Below are positions 1 to 5,127 of a stretch of 15,311 bases of DNA, one piece after another. The stretch is taken from IMG/VR virus record IMGVR_UViG_2703718829_000001; one strand, 5' to 3'. A program made the translations under genes and the position numbers. The notes under the pieces are model-generated. The model was given only the letters and a program-made list of their open reading frames with translations, was not told the origin of the DNA and made no database searches. Numbering within the stretch: position 1 is the stretch's first letter; the number at the start of each line of letters is the position of its first letter. The DNA is from a virus. Taxonomy: Duplodnaviria; Heunggongvirae; Uroviricota; Caudoviricetes.

Positions 1-1642
1 TATTACGTGGGTAGGATCAAGTTCTTATGAACGCCAGAAGAGAACAGCCGCAGAGATAGCCGCAAAATATGATCTTGAGCTAGTTACAAGCTATCAGGAT
101 TTTGGTGTATCTGCATTCAAAGGGGCTAACAGTAGAACAGGTGCACTATCTCGCTTTCTGGATGAGATTGGTCGATCCGTTCCGGTTGGTAGCTGGCTGG
201 TTGTGGAAAACTTAGACCGTATCTCTCGCCAATCCATCATTGAAGCACAAGAGCTATTTCTCTCGATTATCCGTAGGGGAATAACTATCGTAACTGGCAT
301 GGATGGTAAGGTCTATAGCAAGGAATCGGTTAATGCCAATCCTATTGATTTGCTGTTGAGTGTCATGTTGTTTGCGAGAGCTAACGAGGAAAGTCAGACT
401 AAGCGCAATCGTACTAACTCAAGCGCATTGATTAAGATTAAAGCTCATCAAGAAAATCCACAAAATCCGGCTGTTGCAATCGAGGAAATTGGAAAGAATA
501 TGTGGTGGACTGATACCACATCTGGTTATGTGCTTCCTCATCCGGTCTTCTTCCCTATTGTTCAGGAAGTTGTGGAATTACGCAGGAATGGACGGTCAAC
601 CGCCGAGATACTGGATCACCTTAACGCGACATACACACCACCACCAGCCGCAAGTCACAAGAGGCATTCAAACTGGTCACGGGCAATGATTGAAAGGTTG
701 TTCCATACCCGCGCTTTGATTGGTATCAAGGAAATCTCTGTAGATGGCGTTAAGTATGAGTTAAAGGATTATTATCCTCGTGTGCTAGATGACGCTGAGT
801 TTTATCACCTTAAGAAAAGCATTGGTGTTAGAGCATGTAACTATGGAGACAAGGAAGAAGTTAAACCTATTCCCTTGCTTAGTGGTGTTGGTCTATTGAA
901 ATGTGAACATTGCGGTTCCGCTATGGTTAAGGTGAAAGGAACTAACAAACGTCCTAACCAATATCGTTATTCATGCGATGCAATGCGCTCTAGTCGTATT
1001 GCATGTGTGCATACAAACTGGAGTTTTCGAGGTGATCAATTAGAGAAAGCTGTATTGCAATTGCTGGCTGATAAAATCTGGATTGCTGAGGATAAGGCTA
1101 ATCCGGTTCCGGCTTTGAAAGTACAGATTGATGAAATATCACGCAAGATTGATAACCTGATTACCCTTTCTGCTATGACAGGAGCAACGAAGGAGCTAGC
1201 CGATCAGATTACTACCCTCAATAGCGAGCGTGAAACACTCTACAATCAAATTAAGATGGCAGAAGAGGAAATGTATTCTGTTGACTCTCAAGGCTGGGAG
1301 AAGCTCGCAGAATTTGATTTAGAAGATGTTTACAACGAGGATCGCATTAAGGTCCGGTTTAAGATTAAGCAAGCTCTAAAACGGATCGGGTGTAGCAGGA
1401 TTGACAAGTACAAAAACTTGTTTGTACTGGAATACATCGATGGCAAGACCCAGAGAGTTGTAATAGAAAATTCAAGAGGACCGAGGAAAGGCCGGATCTT
1501 CGTTGATTTGAAAACTATCAATGATAGACAGATTCTGGAAAGTAACGGGCTTGTTTTGCATCCATGTTTAGACATGCTGACAGATAAGAACTGGAAACCA
1601 GAAGAGGAAATACCAGGTCCATTACAGGAATTTGGAATTTAA
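1..1642 (+). CDS. Large serine recombinase (integrase-type), 5'-truncated at the window edge
   Basis: Frame 2 is open from position 2 to the TAA at 1640-1642; the GTG at 203 in the ORF track is internal. Translation from nt 2 gives ...GSSSYERQ... then ...GSWLVVENLDRISRQ... (nt ~190-225), resolvase-type catalytic-domain motifs, followed by a Cys-rich zinc-ribbon (CEHCGS...YRYSCD...C, nt ~900-1010) and a C-terminal coiled coil. Size and domain order fit a large serine recombinase rather than a small invertase. Only a few N-terminal codons are missing. Confidence 0.85.
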   Translation, partial: ITWVGSSSYERQKRTAAEIAAKYDLELVTSYQDFGVSAFKGANSRTGALSRFLDEIGRSVPVGSWLVVENLDRISRQSIIEAQELFLSIIRRGITIVTGMDGKVYSKESVNANPIDLLLSVMLFARANEESQTKRNRTNSSALIKIKAHQENPQNPAVAIEEIGKNMWWTDTTSGYVLPHPVFFPIVQEVVELRRNGRSTAEILDHLNATYTPPPAASHKRHSNWSRAMIERLFHTRALIGIKEISVDGVKYELKDYYPRVLDDAEFYHLKKSIGVRACNYGDKEEVKPIPLLSGVGLLKCEHCGSAMVKVKGTNKRPNQYRYSCDAMRSSRIACVHTNWSFRGDQLEKAVLQLLADKIWIAEDKANPVPALKVQIDEISRKIDNLITLSAMTGATKELADQITTLNSERETLYNQIKMAEEEMYSVDSQGWEKLAEFDLEDVYNEDRIKVRFKIKQALKRIGCSRIDKYKNLFVLEYIDGKTQRVVIENSRGPRKGRIFVDLKTINDRQILESNGLVLHPCLDMLTDKNWKPEEEIPGPLQEFGI

Positions 1643-1680
1643 GCGGCCTAAATCGACGTATAACGAGCTAAACACTTTAA

Positions 1681-1703
1681 GGGGTACATCTGTACCCCTT
1701 TTT
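1681..1703 (+). terminator. Intrinsic terminator after the recombinase gene
   Basis: GGGGTACA-tc-TGTACCCC perfect inverted repeat (1681-1698) followed by TTTTT (1699-1703), 39 nt after the stop. It sits between the convergent gene ends at 1642 and 1716. Confidence 0.6.
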
Positions 1704-1715
1704 AATTTAATTGTA

Positions 1716-2714
1716 TTAAAGAGCCTCTAAAGGGCTTAAATCGAGTTCTAAGTCTTCTGGTGTTAAATCAGCTAACGGTGCATTCATCCACTGCGATAAA
1801 TCTCGTTCTATGTCTTCATCACTAATGTAGTTGTTCAGATTGATTGCGTTGGTATCATCAAAATACATTGGCTTAGATGGGTTGGTGTGGATGTATTCAT
1901 TGATGAATGATTTAACATCTTTCAGCTTGCTAATCGGTAGCGTTTCTGTGAATCCGCTATTCATTACCTTACGTGGAATTTTCTTGCCCTGAATATTCTT
2001 TTTAATCCCCATTTCTAAATCACCAGCTTTCCATCCAATGTTAAACAAATGTGAGCATTCAAAGGTGATTTTCTCGCTGGTGTGCTTCTGGTGTTCTCTT
2101 ACCCGTTGCATCGGATCTTTGCGAGTGGTAATTCCATATTTGAAAAACTTCTCGCCAACACGAATTAGATAAAAGTGCATAGGGCGCTGTGCAAACTTGT
2201 TTCTGATAACCTGTTTTCTACCATTCTGAATTGATTTAAGTACACCCCTAACCAAAGGGCATGTTAACCCGCCTTGTCTGCGGTTATTGTGTAAATCACC
2301 TTTCTTGTGAATCTTTCCGTGGCACTTACAACGAAGAATTAGTTTAGTGTCAACACCCTGATAAGGTTCAGCCAGACCTAACACATCCCACCCTATCGGC
2401 TTGTAGAACTTGCGAGCGTTTTCTAAGTGTTCTTCTTCGGTAAATCTAAACTTCTTCTTAGGCGGTGATACTCTATCTTTGCCAGTAAACTGACCAGTTA
2501 GAACATGACTAATACATGGCGTTTTAACCTTTCCGTTAACTTCTATGCAAACTTTGGTGTTCTGGAATGGTTTCTTTACAGGAAGCACAAAACCACTGTA
2601 TAACCACCCATGCACTTGACAAACTTTAATGATTCTGGTTTCATATTCGACCGGAGGGGTCGCACGTTTGCTTTTTGTGGTAAATTCGATATCCTTTGCT
2701 AAAGTAGTATTCAT
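1716..2714 (-). CDS. GIY-YIG / T5orf172-like domain protein with a Cys/His-rich N-terminal half (putative nuclease or DNA-binding protein)
   Basis: 332-aa ORF with ATG at 2714 and a GAGGA Shine-Dalgarno about 8 nt upstream. The C-terminal half contains HFYLIRVGEKFFKYGITTRKDPMQRVREH, which fits the GIY-(10-11)-YIG-...-R-..-H/E pattern of GIY-YIG and T5orf172 domains. The N-terminal half has Cys/His clusters (CQVHGW, CKCHGKIH...C) suggesting a zinc finger. Family assignment is by pattern only. Confidence 0.5.
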   Translation of the reverse strand: MNTTLAKDIEFTTKSKRATPPVEYETRIIKVCQVHGWLYSGFVLPVKKPFQNTKVCIEVNGKVKTPCISHVLTGQFTGKDRVSPPKKKFRFTEEEHLENARKFYKPIGWDVLGLAEPYQGVDTKLILRCKCHGKIHKKGDLHNNRRQGGLTCPLVRGVLKSIQNGRKQVIRNKFAQRPMHFYLIRVGEKFFKYGITTRKDPMQRVREHQKHTSEKITFECSHLFNIGWKAGDLEMGIKKNIQGKKIPRKVMNSGFTETLPISKLKDVKSFINEYIHTNPSKPMYFDDTNAINLNNYISDEDIERDLSQWMNAPLADLTPEDLELDLSPLEAL

Positions 2715-2749
2715 AGTAGTGTCCTCGAAAATAATAAGTTCACTACTAT
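2714..2749 (-). promoter_or_regulatory. 9-bp perfect inverted repeat ATAGTAGTG / CACTACTAT spanning the start region of the T5orf172-like gene, with a third direct copy (AGTAGTA) inside the first codons
   Basis: Arms at 2714-2722 and 2741-2749 with an 18-nt spacer containing the GAGGA Shine-Dalgarno. A related copy lies at 2703-2709. No T-run follows, so it is not a terminator; it could be an operator or an RNA structure over the ribosome-binding site. Confidence 0.3.
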
Positions 2750-2758
2750 TTATAAGAA

Positions 2759-3130
2759 TTAATTATTGTAGTTTTGGAAGCCAGTAAGATCGCAAAATGA
2801 ATCAGTGTCATGTGCTGGGGAACGATGCTCTGCTTCGTCGGAGAAAATGTTGGATACCGGAGATTCCACTTTAACTTCCGGTGCTTCTTCAACATCTGAC
2901 TTAACTTCTTCGACCACTGGTTCAACTGCTGGAGATTCTTCTTTTGTTTCTTCAATGACGATCTCAGGTTCTTTCATTGCTTCAACCAGAGACGGATCAA
3001 CTTCGTCGAATACCACTTTATCATCTGCGGTATATTTGTCTATAATGAAAAAATGGTCAGAAATATAGCTAACGTCGCCAGCATATTCTAACAAAAAAGC
3101 GCCCACCAGAGGCGCTTTTGTTTTATCCAT
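2759..3130 (-). CDS. Highly acidic hypothetical protein (Glu/Asp/Pro/Val-rich C-terminal half); start codon uncertain
   Basis: ORF ends with TAA at 2759-2761. Candidate starts are TTG at 3160 (overlaps the upstream gene by 38 nt, no Shine-Dalgarno), ATG at 3130 (Shine-Dalgarno-like GGTGGA but no spacer) and ATG at 2977 (72 aa). The terminator hairpin at 3099-3115 lies inside the two longer versions, so the real protein may be the short form. Translation is strongly acidic (EEPEIVIEETKEESPAVEPVVEEVKSDVEEAPEVKVE...). Confidence 0.4.
   Translation of the reverse strand: MDKTKAPLVGAFLLEYAGDVSYISDHFFIIDKYTADDKVVFDEVDPSLVEAMKEPEIVIEETKEESPAVEPVVEEVKSDVEEAPEVKVESPVSNIFSDEAEHRSPAHDTDSFCDLTGFQNYNN
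3093..3116 (-). terminator. Intrinsic terminator downstream of the peptidase M15 gene
   Basis: On the minus strand: AGCGCC-ucuggug-GGCGCU stem-loop (3099-3116) followed by UUUUU (3093-3097), starting 7 nt after the stop at 3123. An A-run on the other side makes it formally bidirectional. Confidence 0.55.
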
Positions 3131-3476
3131 TCCACCGTGATTTTTTTGATCTGGAATCAATATGCGTAAAGGTTTTATATTTTCCTAAGCCGTATTGAGT
3201 AGGATATTTCCCATCAAGATAAGCATGAACAATATCAGGTGAGACACCCTTGATAACAATGTCAGCCGCACGGCCTCGAACGTGATAGCTGTTGGTTGCA
3301 CCGCCTACATTCTTGTTATGAGTCGGGCAACGGTTGCCACTGTTAATAATTACTGGTTTCCCGAAGTGTTCGCGTACATCCTCAAGAATCACCAGTAATT
3401 CAGCGTCGATTGTATCATAATCACATTTTCCGCATTTACATTTAAATTCCTTGCGAGAAAAATGCTTACTTAACAT
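3123..3476 (-). CDS. Peptidase M15 family protein (zinc D-Ala-D-Ala carboxypeptidase-like); putative endolysin or cell-wall hydrolase
   Basis: 117-aa ORF with ATG at 3476 preceded by TAAGGGGGTAAT. The translation FSRKEFKCKCGKC...GKPVIINSGNRCPTHNKNVGGATNSYHVRGRAADIV matches the small peptidase M15 (YcbK/DUF882-like) pattern SG.R....N...GG...S.H..G.A.D. Confidence 0.75.
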   Translation of the reverse strand: MLSKHFSRKEFKCKCGKCDYDTIDAELLVILEDVREHFGKPVIINSGNRCPTHNKNVGGATNSYHVRGRAADIVIKGVSPDIVHAYLDGKYPTQYGLGKYKTFTHIDSRSKKSRWNG

Positions 3477-3485
3477 ATTACCCCC

Positions 3486-3833
3486 TTAGATCATTTCGAA
3501 GATATAACCAATAAAGCGCATACCCTTGATATAATAAGGAGCAGTGCCTACACACACCGCGCGTGCATCACCCAGACAGTTAAAGCTATAAGGATTAACT
3601 ACATCGACTTCTTGTCCTACACGAAAACGATATTTAGGACGTTTAGCCAATGTAGCGACACAAAACACGGTCCCTTTTTCATGATCGCGGATACATTCTT
3701 TATATTGTTTATGTTTAACTCTCTTCGCCTCAAAATCATGTGTCATAGATTCTGGGCTAATGCCATTAATAAAAATACCGGAAAGCTGATCGACCGGATA
3801 AGTAGGAAATTCAGTGAAAATATTTTTAGCCAT
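3486..3833 (-). CDS. Hypothetical protein (115 aa)
   Basis: ATG at 3833 with a GGGGG Shine-Dalgarno 7 nt upstream; TAA at 3486-3488 sits next to the Shine-Dalgarno of the following gene. No family recognised. Confidence 0.7.
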   Translation of the reverse strand: MAKNIFTEFPTYPVDQLSGIFINGISPESMTHDFEAKRVKHKQYKECIRDHEKGTVFCVATLAKRPKYRFRVGQEVDVVNPYSFNCLGDARAVCVGTAPYYIKGMRFIGYIFEMI

Positions 3834-3836
3834 GTT

Positions 3837-3864
3837 ATACCCCCATAAGTTTCTATGAGGGTAT
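3837..3864 (-). promoter_or_regulatory. RNA stem-loop burying the Shine-Dalgarno of the 115-aa gene (copy 2 of a recurring motif)
   Basis: Minus-strand RNA reads AUACCCUCAUA-gaaacu-UAUGGGGGUAU, an 11-bp stem with one G-U wobble. The 3' arm contains the GGGGG Shine-Dalgarno, with the AUG at 3833 three nt past the stem. It starts 8 nt after the upstream stop at 3872. The same core recurs at 10590-10627. Confidence 0.45.
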
Positions 3865-3871
3865 TTATGGA

Positions 3872-4555
3872 TTAAACGTATTTCATGCGCGATTTAATGT
3901 GCTTATTGATGTTTTCAAGCATCATTGCTTCGTTGCTTTCCCACGATCCTAGCGTCGAATAACGAGTAGAAATTTTATCCGACTTAACGGCAACAATTCG
4001 CTTACTCTGTTTCTGGATGCGTTTCTCTAAGCGACGTTTTGCCACCGCCGATCCATTCCTAGCGCGTTTGGTTCGGGATTTCTTAGGCTTGTACTTCTTC
4101 ATGATAAAAGTCCCTTCCTTGTTCTCTACCTTGATGAAGTTGCCGTTTTCGATGTTACGCATCATCTTACCGCCTTTGATGGCCTTAATGTTCCCGTGGG
4201 CGTCTAAGACCTTACCGTTGGCGATTGGAACTAGCTTATTGATTTTGCCCCCATCGAAATAGTGTTTCAGATAGTCGTCTTGACTGCCGATCTTCTTGTC
4301 CTTATCCCTTGCGCCCTTGATGAAGATTTGGTGTCTCGTCCCTGATCGGTTCTTGTAGTTGGTATTACCTACAGCTTGTTGAGTCCATCGAGTAGGTCTA
4401 TCAACATTCTTGTTAATCTTCTTCTGTAGTGCACGAGCAGCAAAGATCGCCCCTTCCCCTAGTGCCCTTTCGAATGTATCGGTTGCTTTATCAGTCCATT
4501 GGCGTAACGCTTTCTTAGTCCTTAGAGCGTTTCGTTTATTGGTACTGGTTGCCAT
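3872..4555 (-). CDS. Lys/Arg-rich basic hypothetical protein (227 aa)
   Basis: ATG at 4555 with a GGGGG Shine-Dalgarno 5 nt upstream. The translation is very basic throughout, especially the C-terminal third (KKYKPKKSRTKRARNGSAVAKRRLEKRIQKQSKR). No family recognised. Confidence 0.7.
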   Translation of the reverse strand: MATSTNKRNALRTKKALRQWTDKATDTFERALGEGAIFAARALQKKINKNVDRPTRWTQQAVGNTNYKNRSGTRHQIFIKGARDKDKKIGSQDDYLKHYFDGGKINKLVPIANGKVLDAHGNIKAIKGGKMMRNIENGNFIKVENKEGTFIMKKYKPKKSRTKRARNGSAVAKRRLEKRIQKQSKRIVAVKSDKISTRYSTLGSWESNEAMMLENINKHIKSRMKYV

Positions 4556-4556
4556 G

Positions 4557-4727
4557 TTAGCCCCCTAATAACGAAAAGACCCCCGCCAGTGTCCTTAGCA
4601 ATTGTTCATCCACGGTCATAGCCGGGAGTTCAAGCCCAAAGGACGTTAGCAGAGGTCTAATTGCTACGTTATAAGTGAGGGCGATAATCAAGAGATAACC
4701 AAAATATTTCTTAAGTTTATTCTTCAT
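4557..4727 (-). CDS. Small hydrophobic protein (56 aa, no Cys), not in the ORF track; candidate membrane protein
   Basis: Hand translation from ATG 4727 gives MKNKLKKYFGYLLIIALTYNVAIRPLLTSFGLELPAMTVDEQLLRTLAGVFSLLGG, ending at TAA 4557-4559. An AAGGGGTG Shine-Dalgarno lies 6 nt upstream. The stop is 1 nt from the next ATG at 4555, suggesting translational coupling. Confidence 0.5.
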   Translation of the reverse strand: MKNKLKKYFGYLLIIALTYNVAIRPLLTSFGLELPAMTVDEQLLRTLAGVFSLLGG

Positions 4728-4745
4728 ATATTCACCCCTTTATTA

Positions 4746-5024
4746 TTATTTTTGTTTGAGTATGTCGAGAACTTGGTCAAATTTGGCGTCCATCGCAACC
4801 ACTTTCTTTTCTATACCGTGAAGGGTTTGTTCCATGCGATAAACTCTCTCGGCGATCTGGTCATGGTTACTTTGCATTGTTTCAAACTTCTGATTAAACA
4901 ATGCATCATTGGACTCTAATTTCGACAATCTATTTTCTGTGGCTAATTGATTTCGGTGGAGTCTCCAAAGCCCACCACAAATTAAGGCGATAACACCGAT
5001 ACCGCCATATATAATTTCAGTCAT
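4746..5024 (-). CDS. Small membrane protein: N-terminal transmembrane helix plus coiled coil (92 aa)
   Basis: ATG at 5024 with a GGGGGCG Shine-Dalgarno. The N-terminus (IIYGGIGVIALICGGLW) is hydrophobic, followed by a charged heptad-like segment. Topology resembles an i-spanin, holin/antiholin or superinfection-exclusion protein; function is not assignable from sequence. Confidence 0.7.
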   Translation of the reverse strand: MTEIIYGGIGVIALICGGLWRLHRNQLATENRLSKLESNDALFNQKFETMQSNHDQIAERVYRMEQTLHGIEKKVVAMDAKFDQVLDILKQK

Positions 5025-5065
5025 TACGCCCCCGATATTTTTATAATTTCATGGCAGAATTATTT

Positions 5066-5110
5066 AGATAAAAATAATCCCGCCTAACTCAAAAGAATTA
5101 AGCGGGATTA
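5066..5110 (-). terminator. Possible terminator or attenuator after the central tail fibre gene
   Basis: 8-bp inverted repeat AATCCCGC (5076-5083) / GCGGGATT (5102-5109) with an 18-nt loop. On the minus strand it is followed by AUUUUUAUCU, 19 nt after the stop at 5128. The long loop lowers confidence. Confidence 0.35.
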
Positions 5111-5127
5111 ATTATTAGAATTAAATT

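Noticed and set aside
94-689. ORFs 94-300 (minus) and 474-689 (plus) inside the recombinase gene
   Set aside because: Alternative-frame or antisense ORFs within a gene with strong domain support; no start-site signals.
1-1642. Recombinase as a small DNA invertase (Hin/Gin-type) controlling tail fibre switching
   Set aside because: The protein exceeds 540 aa with a zinc-ribbon and coiled-coil C-terminal region, which is the large serine recombinase architecture. No inverted fibre-gene segments or invertible-element repeats flank the fibre gene.
1731-1747. Second small hairpin (AGCC...GGCT) near 1732-1746
   Set aside because: Only a 4-5 bp stem and it lies inside the C-terminal codons of the T5orf172-like gene; too weak to call.
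2805-3068. 87-aa Ser/Thr-rich plus-strand ORF
   Set aside because: It is the antisense frame of the acidic protein gene (GAA/GAT-rich sense codons read as Ser/Thr antisense), with no ribosome-binding site.
4746-5024. Embedded o-spanin (Rz1-like) gene within the 92-aa TM plus coiled-coil gene
   Set aside because: Hand translation of the other two sense frames gives only short ORFs without a signal peptide or lipobox Cys.
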